Part shown: in pieces, positions 38,146 through 50,478 of the stretch | How the letters are laid out: each line of letters opens with the position of its first letter | How positions within the stretch are numbered: the first letter of the stretch is position 1 | Assembly: GCA_013239625.1 (NCBI GenBank) | Contig: MU053881.1 | Coordinates: 868,001-932,000 of the forward strand | Reading direction: 5' to 3' | DNA length: 64,000 nt | Origin: Lama guanicoe | Taxonomy: Eukaryota | Program-made: the position numbers and the translations under genes | The notes under the pieces: model-generated | What the model was told of the DNA's origin: nothing | The model's input: only the letters and a program-made list of their open reading frames with translations | The model's database searches: none

Positions 38146-38720
38146 AAAAAAATCCATTGTCACAAATGAACTCCCTTGTGCCACCTCTTTGTATCCATAC
38201 TCTCTCGCCCTGCCTCTGTCCCTTAGCAAATACTGTCCAAGCATGCAAGGGCTGGGTTGTGCACGAAGTGCATGTTTTGTTTTGTGAGAAACTGACAATT
38301 TTCCAGAGTGGCTGTACCATTTTACATTCTCACCAGCAATGGAAGAGGGATCCAATTTCTCTGCATTCTTGCTAGTATTTGGTATTATCACTTTTTTTTT
38401 TTATTATAGCTGTCTTAATAGGTGCATAGTGATCTCTCATTCTGGTTTTAGTTTGCATTTCCCTAATGGCTAATGGTGCTGAACATTTTTTTCATGCTCT
38501 TATTTGCCATCTCTGTCTTTGGTGAAATATCTATTCATATCTTTTGCCCATTTTGTAATTCAGCTGTTTTTTTTTTATTGTCAAGTTTGTGTGTGTGTGT
38601 GTATAGTGAAATATACATAACAATAACCAGTTAATGTTTCTTCTTTCTTTTGATTTTTTTTTGCAGTAGTTAAATTAATATACACCCAGAGTTATGTGGG
38701 TGTATGTTATGTGACATGTG

Positions 38721-38852
38721 ACATCAGGGATTAATTAGGGTAAGTGTTGGTAGCTATAATAAACAACTCCCAATTCTCAGTGACATGCCCACATCAGGGA
38801 TTAATTAGGGTAAGTGTTGGTAGCTATAATAAACAACTCCCAATTCTCAGTG
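38721..38852. repeat. Exact 62-bp direct duplication with 8-bp spacer, at the end of an old MLT1-type LTR fragment
   Basis: acatcagggattaattagggtaag...ccaattctcagtg at 38721-38782 and 38791-38852. Confidence 0.93.
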
Positions 38853-38984
38853 TTTAAACACAATAAATATTTGTTTCTTGCTCACATAAAGCCAAAAATG
38901 TGCTGGGTGGTTCTTTTTAGCAGTTTTTGCCAAGGATTGACTGTGGAACCTGAGTACCTTCCATCGAAGGGTCTCCAGAACTTA

Positions 38985-40443
38985 TTACTCATAGACATTT
39001 TAGTGATGCTCATTCTAACTGGTGTAAGATGATACCTCATTGTAGTTTTGATTTGCATTTCTCTGATAAGTAGCAATAATGAGCATCTTTTCATGTGCCT
39101 ATTGGCGATCTGTATGTCTTCATTGGAGAAATGTCTGTTTAGGTCTTCTGTCCATTTTTTGATTGGACTGTTTCTTCCTTTCTTTTTTTCCTTTCTTTTC
39201 CTTTCTCCCTTCCTCCCTCCCTCCTTTCTTCCTTCCTTCCTTCCTTCTTTCCTCCCTCCCTCTCTTTCTTTCCTTCTTTCTTTCTTTCTTTCTTTTTGTA
39301 ATTGCATTGTGTGAGCTGTTTGTATATTCTAGAAGTTAAGCTGTTGTCTGTTGCATTGTTTGCAAATATTTTTTCCCAGTCCATAAGTTGTATTTTCATT
39401 TTGTTTATGGCTTCCTTTGCCGTGCAAAAGCTTGTACGTTTAATTAAGTCTCATTTGTTTATTTTTGCTTTTATTTATTTTGCCTTGGGAGACTGATCTA
39501 GGAAAACATTGTTGTGATTTATGTCAGAGAATGTTTTGTCTATGTTCTCTTCTAGGAGATTGATGGTGTCCTGTCTTATATTTAAGTCTTTAAGCCATTT
39601 GGAGTTTACTTTCACGTGTGGTGTGAGGGAGTGTTCCAGTTTCATTGATTTACATGTGGCTGTGCAGCTTTCCCAACACCACTCGCCCAAGAGGCTGTCT
39701 TTTCTCCATTGTGTATTCTTGCCTTCTTTGTCGAAGATTAATTTACCATAGGTGTGTATGTTTATTTCTGGGCTCTCTATTCTGTTCCATTGATCTATAT
39801 GTCTGTTTTTGTGCCAGTACCATGCTGTTTTAATTACTGTAGCTCTGCAGTACTGTCTGAAGTATGGGAGGGTTATGCTTCCAGCTTTATTCTTGTTCTT
39901 CAGTACTGCTTTGGGAATTCTGGATCTTTTGTGACTCCACATCAATTTTAGGATTATTTGTTGTAGTTCTATGAAAAATATCGTGAGTAATTTGATAAGG
40001 ATCACATTAAATCTATAAATTGCTTTGGGTAGTATGGCCTTTTTAACAATATTGATTCTTACAATACAAGAGCATGGGTTATCTTTCCATTTCTTCAAAT
40101 CATATTTAATTGCTTTTATCAGTGTTTTATAGCTCTCAGCATATAAGCCTTTCACCTCCTCAGTCAGGGTTATTCCTAAGTATTTTAATTTTTTGATGCA
40201 ATTAAAATTTTTTTTGCTTTCTCTTTCTGATATTTTATTGTTAGTGTAAAGAAATGCAACAGGTTTCTGTGTGTTAATCTTGTAACCTGCGACCTTGCTG
40301 AATTTATCAGCTCTAGTAGTCTTTGGGTGAAATCTTTAGGGTTTTCTATGTATAGTATGTCATCTGCATATAGTGACAGTTTTACCTCTTTCCTTGCAAT
40401 TTGGATCCCTTTTATTTCTTTTTCTTGTCTGATTGCTATGGCT
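38985..40443 (-). mobile_element. L1 ORF2 internal fragment, containing a (TTCC/TTTC)n tract at about 39170-39296
   Basis: ORF 39475-40155 ([10 protein letters not shown]...[25 protein letters not shown]...KWLKDLN) is L1 ORF2. Confidence 0.93.
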
Positions 40444-41164
40444 TTTTAGTATTAGTCATCCTAGTGGATGCATGGTAATAACTCATTGCTGTTTTATGTT
40501 GCATTTATAAGAATGTTGAACATCTTTTCATGTACTTATTGGATATTCATGTATCTTCTTTCATGGAATGTCTGTTCAAATATTTTGCCCACTTAAAAAT
40601 TTGGAACCATTGTAGTAGGTCGTTTGTTTCTGTATTATATTGTGGTAAGAGTTCTGCATATATTCTGGATACAAGAGCTTTGTCAGGTAAATGTATTACA
40701 AATATTTTCTACTTATCTATGGCTTTTTAAAATTTTTATTAATGGTGTCTTTTGGAGAGCCTATGTTCCTAATTTTTATATATTAATTAAATATTTATTG
40801 TTAGTTCTTATTGTATTCTAAGAAATCTTTAAATATCTCAAGGTCATGAAGATTTCCACCAACATATTCTTCTAGAAGTTTTGTGGTTTCTCTTTTTAAA
40901 TGAACCTAATTCAAACTATGACAATAATTCAGTAAAATATTTTTAGTACAGGTATACTAATGAGAAAATGGAATTTTATTTTTGGGGGTAACATTTTCAC
41001 TTCAAAATTATGTATCTTAAAAATTGTGTTTCTCATAAAACTCTGTTGCAAATGTAATCAGTAATGAGATTTTACATATTTCATTTTTGACAATGTCTTT
41101 TCACATAGATAGATATTGCCAAATACTGATACAATCCATGGGCATATGATTTTTTTCCCATTAA

Positions 41165-41696
41165 ATATTTTCTTTGAGATACAACTCATGTGACATAAAA
41201 CTCACTATTTTAAAGTGTACAAGTCAGTGGTTTTTAGCTTGTTCACTATTTTGTACAATTATCACCATCATCTAATTCTGGAACACTTCCATCACCCCCA
41301 AAGAGAAACCATGTGCTTATTAGTGATCAGTCTCAATTTTCCCCTCTTCTCATCTCCTGGCAACTATTAATCTTCTTTCTGTCTTGATTAGCTTACCTAT
41401 TCTGGACATTTCATTTAAGTAGGATCATATAGTATGTGGTTTTTAATGTCTGGCCTCTTTCACTTAGGATAATGTTTTCAAAGTTAATCCACGTTCTATC
41501 ATGTAAAAGTACTTTATTCCTTTTTATGGCTGAATAATATTCCTTTGTGTGGATGTGCCATGTATTGTTTATCAATTCATCAGCTGCTGGATATTTGTTT
41601 TTTCCCAACTTTTTGGCAATTGTGTATAATACTTCTATGAACATTCATGTACATATTTTTGTGTAAGCATGTTTTAAGTTTTCTTTGGTACATTCC
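41165..41696 (-). mobile_element. Old L1 3' end (L1MB-like)
   Basis: ataaaactcactattttaaagtgtacaagtcagtggttttt...; ORF 41411 HTKEYYSAIKRNKVLLH. Confidence 0.8.
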
Positions 41697-44600
41697 TGAA
41701 AAATATTGCTGTGTTTTATGTCAAAGAGTGTTCTACCTATGTTTTCCTCCAGGAGTTTTATAGTATCTGGTCTTACATTTAGGTCTTTAATCCATTTTGA
41801 ATTAATTTTTGTATATGGTATTAGAGAATGTTCTAATTTCATTCTTTTACAAGTAGCTGTCCAGTTTTCCCACCACCACTTATTGGAGAGACTATTTTTT
41901 TCTCCATTGTATATTCTTGCCTCCTTTGTTGTAGATTAATTGACCATAAGTGTATGGATTTGCCTCTGGGCTTTCTATCCTGTTCCATTGATCTATATGT
42001 CTGTTTTGTGCCAGTACCATACTGTTTGGATTACTGCAGCTTTGTAGTATAGTCTGGAGTCATGGAGCATGATTCCACCAGCTCTGTTCTTCTTTCTCAG
42101 GATTGTTTTGACTATTTGGGGTCTTTTGTGTTTCTATACAAATTAAATTTTTTTTGTTCCAGTTCTGTGAAAAATATCATTGGTAATAATCAGAGATTGC
42201 ATTAAATCTATATATTGCCTTGGGTAGTATGGTCATTTTAACAATATTGATTCTTCCAATCCAAGAACACAGTATATCTTTCCATTTGTTTATCTCATCT
42301 TCAATTTTTTTTATCACTGTCTTATAGTTTTTGGAGTACAGATCCTTTACCTCCTTAGGTAGGTTTATTCTTAGGTATTTTATTCTTTTTGATGTGATGG
42401 TAAATGGGATTGTTTCCTTAATTTCTTTTTCTGATATTTTGTTGTTAGTGTATAAAAATGCAACTGACTTCTGTATATTAACTTTGTATCCTGTAACTTT
42501 ACCAAATTCATTCAAGAGCTCTGGTAGTTTTCCGGTGGCCTCTTTAGGGTTTTCTATGTATAGCATCATGTCATCTGCAAACAGTGACAGTTTTACTTCT
42601 TCCTTTCAAATTTTTATTCCTTTTTAAATTTTTCTTTTCTGATTGTTGTGGCTAGGACTTCCAAAATCATATTGAATAAAAGTATTGAGAGTGGGCATCC
42701 TTGTCTTGTTCCTGATCTTAGAGGAAATGCTTTCAGCTTTTCACCATTGAGTATGTTAGCTGTGGGTTTGTCATATATGTCTTTCATTGTGTTGAGGTAC
42801 GTTCCATCTATGCCCAGTTCCTGAAGATCTTGTTTTAAATCACAAATGGATGTTGAATTGTATCAAAAGCTTCTTCTGCATCTAATGAGATGATCATATG
42901 ATTTTTATTCTACAATTTGTTAATGTGGGGTATCACATTAATTGATCTGCAGATATTGAAAAATCCTGGCATCCCTGGCATAAATCCCACTTGATCACAG
43001 TGTGTGAGCCTTTTAATGTATTACTAGAGTCAGTTTGCTAGTTTTTTGTTGAGGATTTTTGCAACTATGTTCATTGTGTGTAATTTTCTTTTTTTGTGGT
43101 GTCTTTGGTTTTGGTATCAGGTGGCCTCATAGAATGTGTTTGGAATTGCTCCTTCCTTTGCAATTTTTTTGGGATAGTTTCAGAAGGATAGATGTTAACT
43201 TGTCTCTGAATGTTTGGTAGAATTCACTTGTGAAGCCATCTGGTCCTGGACTTCTGTTTGTTGGGAGTTTTAAAATTACTGTTTCAATTTCAGTACTGGA
43301 AATTGGTCTGTTCATATTTTCTATGTCTTCCTGGTTCAGTCCTGAGAGATTGTACCTTTCTAAGAATTTATCCATTTCTTCTAGGTTGTCCATTTTATTG
43401 GTGTATAGTTGCTCATAGTGGTCTCTTTTGATCCTTTGTATTTCTGTGGTGTTGGTTGTAATGTCTCCTGTTTTATTTCTGATTTTATTACTTTGAGCCC
43501 TCTTCCTTTTTTTTTTTTTCTTGATGAGTCTGGCTAAAGCTTTATCAATTTTGTGTTTCTTTTCAAAGAACCAGCTTTTAATTTCATTGATCTTTTCTTT
43601 TTTTCTTTTTTCTTTCTTCCTTTTTTTTTTTAGTTTCTATTTCATTTATTTCTGCACTGATCTTTATGATTTCTTTCCTTCTACTAACTTTGGGTTTTAT
43701 TTGTTCTCCTTTCTATCGTTGCTTTAAGTGTAAGTTAGATTGTTTATCTGAGATTATTCTTGTTCTGAGATAAGCTTGTGTTGCTATAAACTTCCCTCTT
43801 AGAACAGCTTTTGCTGTGTCCCAGGTTTCGGATCATCGTGTTTTTGTTTTCATTTCTCAGCCTTGGAGAGAGAAGTGGCCCCCAGTAGGAGACATCCTAT
43901 CTGTCCCAGCAGCGCACTCCCCTCTCAACACCCAAGGGCCACGGGCTAGCTGGTCCCAAGGTAGCGTCTGGGTTGCTTCTGCGGACTTGATCTGTCAGCT
44001 GCAGGACTGTAGATTTTTTGCTTCTGGTGTCTTGCCCTCTGATGGGTGAGGCTGGTCTAGAGGCTTGTGCGGGCTTTCTGGTGGAAGGGGCTAGTGGGTG
44101 GAGCTGGGTCTGGGCTCTCTGGTGGGCAGGGCCATGTCTAGGGTCATGTCTAGAAGCGGCTGTGGGCTCGGGAAGTCTTTAGGCCACTTGTCTCCTGATG
44201 GGTGGAGCTGTGCTCCTGCACAGTTTGTTTGGCTTGAGTCGCCCCAGTTCTGGAGCCTACAGGCTGCTGGGGTGTGCCAGGCCCTTGTGCCAAGATGTCA
44301 GCTTCCAAAAGAGCTCACACAGATGAATGGTCCCAGACACGTTTACTGCCAGTGTCTATGTCCCCAGGGTGAGCCACAGCTGCCCCCTGACTCCCCAGGA
44401 GACTGTCTAGGTCAGCAGATAGGTCTGGCCCAGGCCTCTATCAAATTACTGCTTTCGCCCTTTGTCCTTGTGCACGTAAGATTTTGTGTGTGCCCTTTAA
44501 GAGGGAAGCCTCTATTTCCCCCAGTGCTATGGGGCTTCTGCCATCAAGCCCCACTGGCCCTCAAAGCTAAGTCTTCTGGGGGTTCCTCTTCCTGGTACTG

Positions 44601-44910
44601 GACCTCCAGGCTGGGGAGCCTGAGGTGGGGCTCAGAGCTCTTACTCCTGTGGGAGAACTTCTGCGATATAATTATTCTCCAGTTTTGGGGTTGCTTACCG
44701 AGGGGGTATGTGATTTGATTATATTGCAAGTCCATCCCTCCTACCAATCTCATTGTGGGTCCTTCCTTATGTCTTTAGTTGTAGAAGATCTTTTCTGGTA
44801 GGTTCCGGTCTTCTTCATCAATGCTTGTTCCACAGTAAGTTGTGTTTTGGCGTGCTCGTGAGATGGGGTGAGCTTAGGGTCCTTCTACTCGGCCATTCTG
44901 GCTGACCCCT
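41697..44910 (-). mobile_element. Internally deleted L1: 5' UTR (about 44910-43860) joined to ORF2 linker/RT region (about 43860-41697)
   Basis: ORFs MDNLEEMDKFLERYNL...SPGPDGFTSEFYQTF and MMLYIENPK...[16 protein letters not shown]-rich 5' UTR starting (sense) ...cagaatggccgagtagaaggacc. Confidence 0.88.
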
Positions 44911-44990
44911 GCAGTCTGTATCTATTGAAAACAAATCTGCGCATAAGTAGACCAGCTCAATTCAAGCCCAGGTTGTTCAAGGGTTAGCTG
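44911..44990 (-). mobile_element. Tigger2-like (TcMar) terminal fragment
   Basis: Reverse complement cagctaacccttgaacaacctgggcttgaattgagctggtctacttatgcgc resembles the Tigger2 TIR; adjacent TA at 44991-44992. Confidence 0.7.
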
Positions 44991-45089
44991 TATGTTGAAT
45001 TTGAAGATCAATTTGGGGAGTTCTGACAGCTTCACAATACTGAATCTTCTGATTCATGAACATAGTATATATTTCCATTAATTTAAGTC

Positions 45090-45126
<37 letters not shown>

Positions 45127-45131
45127 TATAT

Positions 45132-45365
45132 ATGGTGGTGAGGAAGATCTAACTGGCTTTATTAAGTGATTCAGGAATCAGGCAGCATACCATCTAGTAA
45201 ATAGAAGGGTGCTTGAGGGTTTGCTCAAACGGAAAGTTTTATAGGCAGACGGAGGGGTGGGCAGGGAAGTATTAGCAGGAAGAAAGAAAGAAAAAAGAAA
45301 GAAAAAAAAGAAAGGAAGGAAGGAAGGAAGGAAGGAAGGAAGGAAGGAAGGAAGGAAGGAAGGAA

Positions 45366-45411
<46 letters not shown>

Positions 45412-45621
45412 AAAGACTGATTCAGGCCAGTCCATCTTCTTTTGGAGGGAAGGGAGCAGCAGAGGTCTTTATCATGCAGATTACCTCACTAGTGTGGTCC
45501 TGATATTTCATATTACCTGTTCAAAATTCACATTCCTGGGAGTGGTCAAAACTGCAATGAAGTCTTGGTTTGCTGTCCTGGGGGCAAATGACTCCCTTTG
45601 GGCTTTTTTTTTTTTAAACCA
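45132..45621 (-). mobile_element. Probable ERV1-class solo LTR containing a (GAAA/GGAA)n tract at about 45277-45413
   Basis: Reverse-strand AATAAA and TATAAAA signals, LTR-like length and composition; family not identified. Confidence 0.55.
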
Positions 45622-45679
45622 TGTTAATTACACCTTTAAAAAATATCAGTGTTTCCCCAACTTTAACATATGAAGGAAG

Positions 45680-48600
45680 ATTTCCTTTAATTTCTGTCAG
45701 CAATGTTTTATAATTTTCAATATGGAGTTCTTAGGTATCTTTTGTTAAATGTGTTTCTATGTATTCAGTATTTTTTCATGCTATTGTAAGTCAAAAATGT
45801 TTTTATAAGTTAAATTCCAATTTTTATTGCTGGTATACAGAAATGCAATTATTTTTGTTTTTAACCTTGTTCTGTGACTTTTCTGAATTCATTTATTAAT
45901 TTTAGTAATCTTTCGTAGATTCTTTAGGATTATCTCTGTAGACAAGCACATTTTTAATGAACAAAGGCAGTTTTACTGACTTCCTTCCAATATTTTTGCC
46001 TTTTATTTATTTTTCATGCTTTATTGAAATACACAGCACCTCCAGCACAATGTTCAATAGAAGTTGTGTGAGTGGCATTCAGTATATCACCACTTAGTAC
46101 GAGAACAATTGTAGTTTTTTCATGAATGTCATTTATCAAATTGAGGAAGTCCCATTTCTAATTTCTAGTTTGCTGTGCATTTTGATCATAAATTGGTGTT
46201 AAGTTTTGTCAGATTCTTTTCCTGCATCTATTAGAATGGCTATATGATTTTTTCTCATTTATTTCATTAACAGGATGAATTATAGATTAGTTTTTGAATG
46301 CTGAGTTTGCGTTTCTTAGAATCCACTTGGCCATGATTTATTATCATTTTTACATATTGCAGGATTCTACTTATTAATATTTTATTGAGGATTTTTTTTG
46401 CATCTACGTGTGTAAGATCGGTAATTTTTCTTCATCAATTATTTGATAGGATTCACCAGTGAAATCATTTAGATCTGCAGTTTGTGAGAAGTTTTTGGTC
46501 ATAGTTACTTAATAAATTTAGGTTGTGGCAGATGAGCTCCAAAGCTGGGTGCCATCAATTTCTTCCCTTTCTGTGTGCATGCCTCTACGTGCATTTCCCT
46601 CTCTTGATGCTGGGGTGGCCTTAAGACTGACTTTGACAAACAGAATATGGGAAAGTAATGCTGTGTCAGTTCTAGATCCCTTAAGAGCCACAGCTCATGC
46701 TTTCCCTCTTGAAGTCAACGACAATGTGAAAAACATGACTACGCGGAGACCACACTGCTTAGAGGAAGCTCAAGAGGAGAGCTCGTCTGAGGGAGCATTG
46801 AGGTACCAGACATGTGAGTAATGTGTTTCATGGACCTTCCAGCCTGGCCCAGCTGCCAGTGGAAAGCAGCAGAGTGAGTCATCCCAGCCAATGCCATCTG
46901 GAGGAGCAGAACCACCTAACTGAGGTCAATTAACTTAGCAGCAACAAAATGATTGTTATTTTTGTCATTTGAAGTTGCTAAGCTTTGGGATTGGTTATGA
47001 AGCAACAGGATACTGAAAAGTAGGGCTATTCATGTTTTCTCCTTTTTTGTGTGTCACTTTTGGCAAATGGTGTGTTTCAAGAAGTTTCTCCATTTCATCT
47101 AAATTGTTCAGTTTATTGTTATAAAGTTGTTTACAATATTTCCTTATTCTTTCAATGTTTGTAAGGGTCTCTCGTGATATAGTCTCTTTTATTTTGGGTA
47201 TTTTGTGAGTTGTTCTCTTTTTCTTCATTAGTGTTGCTGGGTTTAAAAAATATTAGTCATTTCAAAGAGCTATTTTTTGGCTTTTATTATTTTTTCTATT
47301 TATTTGCTTTTTTTAAATTTAATTGATTTGGCTCTTTATTATTTTTTCCCTTCTACTCACTGGGATCAATATGGGATTAATATGTTCTTTTTTTAGATTA
47401 CTAAGGTGTATGTTTAAACTACTGATTTTTAATCTGTTTTTTTTCTATTATAGACATTTAGAATTGTATATTTCCTTGTAAGCAGTGCTTTAACCTAATT
47501 CCATAAAATGTGTTATTTTTTTGTTTTCATTATCATTTAGCTAAAGTATTTTCAAATTTCCCTACTGATTTTTTGGTCATGAGTTATTTAGAAGAATATT
47601 TTTTGTTTTCCAAATATTTGGGACGATTTTTGGATGTCTTATTGTTCTTGGCTTTTAACCTAATTCCATTGTGCTCAGGAAATAAACTCTATAAGACTTT
47701 AATCTTTTGCAATTTATTAGGACTTATTTAGTGACTTAGCATATGGTCTATTTTCGTAAACATGTGCACTTGAAAAAAATGTGTATTTAAAAAATTTTCA
47801 GTGAGATATTCTGAAAATGTTGATTAGATTAAGATTGTTGATAATGTTGTTCAGATCTTTTATACCCTTACTACTTTTTGTCTCCTCATTCTGTAAATTA
47901 CTGAGGTAGAGGTGTTAAAATCTCCAGTTACGCTCAGGGAATTATTTATTTCTCTCTTTCCTCTCTTTTTGCTTTATGAATTTTGAAACTCAGTTATTAG
48001 GTGCAAACTTAAGATACTAATGACTTCCTGCTGAGTTAACCCTTTTGCCATTATGAAATACCCCTCTTTACCTGTGGACATACCCTCTGTTGAAGTCCAC
48101 TTTGTCTTATTTTAATATAACCATACCAGTTTCTTATTTTTATCATTTTCATCTTTTTCCATGCTTTTACCTTCAATCTGCGTCATTATATTTCACATTC
48201 ATACAGTTGGGCATTGCTTTGAAGAATCTATTCTGTCAATCATTTTCTTTTAATTAGTGTCAGATTAGTTTTACTAGATTATGTAGTGGGTTTTAAGCCT
48301 AATATCTAGTTACTTATTTTACATTTATCCCATCTGCTTACTGTTCCTCTTCCTCTTTTGTAAACGTCTTTTGGACTAATTGAATATATCGTATTTTTAT
48401 AATCTCCTCTATTGGTACCTAAGCTAGTCCTTTTTTTAATTTTTATTTTTTACTAATTGCTTTAGGGATTACAATATGTGCTGTTAACTTATCACAGCCT
48501 AATTATAATTAATATTGTTTTACGTCACACATTATTAGCCACATTTCACAAATATGAGACAAACAGCAGTATAACTTCACTTTCCTCTCCATCTTCTGTG

Positions 48601-49790
48601 CTATTGCCGTAATTTTAATTATATGCATAGTATAAATCTCAACTTACAATGCCATTTTGCTTCAAATGGACATTCGTCTTTTAAGAAAATTAAGGGAAAG
48701 GCTAGTGCATTAAATGTACATGTTTATCATTTTCAGTGTTTGTCATTTCTTCCTATAGATCTGTTTCCATCTGGTGTCATTTCTCTTTAGCCTAAGAACT
48801 CTATTTAGTAATTCTCATAGTGCAAGTCTGCTGGTAAGCAATTCTTGCAACTTTTTAAAATCTGAACTGTTTTTTCTTTATTTCACCCTCATTTTTAAAG
48901 GATATTTTTGCTGGATTTAAAATTCTTAGATTACAGTTTTTTCTTTCTTCACTTCAGTATTATTCTGTGACCTTCTAGTGTCTTTGTGTCATTGTTCCTA
49001 CTTATTAGTTCTGTCATTTTGCCCTGGTTGCTTTCAAAGTTTTCTCTTATCTTTGATTTTCAGCAGTTTAATTACAATGTACTTACTTGTGGTTTTCATT
49101 GTATTTATCCTACTTGGGGGTTCATTTAGTTTCTCAGATTGGCAAGTTGATGTTTTTCACTACATTTGCGAAAACTTCAACCATTTTTTCAAAAATTTGT
49201 TCTTTCCCAATTCTCTCTCTGCTTTCCTCTAGGACTTGAATTGGACTTATGTTAGACTACTTAATGTTGTCCTACAGGTCACTGAGATTCTGTTCATATT
49301 TTAAAAATTTTTTAAAAATCTTTTTTCTTCAGAGTGGAAATTTTTGTGAATCTGTTTCTAGTTCATTGGCTCTTTCTCTTGCCATCTTAAATTTACTTTT
49401 AAGCCAATCCAGTAAATTTTTGATTCTAACATTTTCCTCTCAGTTATAAAATTTCCATTTGTTTCTTTTTCATAATTTCTGTTTCTCTATGGACAGTTCT
49501 TAGATGTTCGCTTATTAGGACCACACTTTTCTTTAACATATTTCTAACAGCTTTTAAGAATCCTTGTGTGCTGATTCTAACATCTGGGTCATCTCAGGAT
49601 CTGTTTCTACCAACTGCTTTTTTTTTCTTGATTATGAGCCATATTTTCTTGCTTCTTTGCATGCCTAGTAATTTTTTAATGTACCGCTGGATATTGTAAA
49701 TTATACATTTTAAGGAGTCTGGCTTATTTTTTCTTCCTGTAAGAAGTTTTGAGTGTTGTTCTGGTAGACAGTTCACTTACTGGAAGCTCT
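45680..49790 (-). mobile_element. Long degraded old L1 (ORF2 into ORF1) interrupted by an MLT1 LTR
   Basis: AT-rich; ORF 46995 (...KQLYNNKLNNLDEMEKLLETHHLPK) is an ORF2 relic. Confidence 0.7.
46524..47015 (+). mobile_element. ERVL-MaLR LTR, MLT1G/H-like
   Basis: tgtggcagat...tgactttgacaaacagaatatgg...aggtaccagacatgtgagt...ggttatgaagcaacag. Confidence 0.7.
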
Positions 49791-49849
49791 CCTAGGTTCT
49801 ATCAAGGTTTGGTTTGAGGCTCTGCTAAGGCAGGGTTGTGGTTGCTATA

Positions 49850-50215
49850 CTTATGTATTGCTGTGTCACAAATTACCCCCAAATTAGCACTTTAAAACAA
49901 CAAAATTTATTATCACCGCATTTCTGCGGATCAGGAATCTGGGAGTCACTTGACTTGGTGGTTCTGGCTCAGGGTCTCTCATAAGGTTGCAGTCAAGCTG
50001 TCATGTGGGGCTGTAGTTATATGAGGCTTGACCATCGCTGCAAAATATGCTTTCAAGATCCCTCGTGTGCTGATTGGCAGACTTCTACCCATTGCTGGCT
50101 ATGACAGAGGCTTCTGTCTGTCTTCACTTGGGTTTCTCCACGCAGAAGACTAGACAAATGTATGAAAAAAAGGAGGTGAGAATCCCTGGGGACCGTCTGG
50201 GAGGCTGGCTCCTAG
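49850..50215 (-). mobile_element. ERVL-MaLR LTR, MLT1F-like
   Basis: tgctgtgtcacaaattacccccaaa...tcaggaatctgggag...ggttctggctcagggtctctcataaggttgcagtcaag. Confidence 0.7.
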
Positions 50216-50255
50216 CTGCTATAAGGGTCTAGAGAAGCACTTACTCACTCTCGGG

Positions 50256-50478
50256 AAGGATTTCTCAGCCTTGACACTATTGACGTTTCGGGCTGGGAAA
50301 CACTTTGCTGTGGGGACTATCTTGTGTGCTGTTAAGATGTTTAGCAACAACATTCCTGGTCTCTACACACTAGATGGCAGTACGTCCCATCCTGACAGTG
50401 AAAAAGGTCTGCAGAATTGCCAAACGGCCTTTTGGGGGAGGGCCCAAATCACCTCTCCCCTCCAATGGGGAACCACTT
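50256..50478 (-). mobile_element. MER20 (hAT-Charlie) DNA transposon
   Basis: tttctcagccttgacactattgacgttt...atgtttagcaac...ctctacacactagatggcagta...gggaaccact. Confidence 0.8.

Noticed and set aside
39475..40155. 226-aa L1 ORF2 reading frame as an active gene
   Set aside because: It is a fragment of a truncated, disrupted L1 and cannot encode functional ORF2p.
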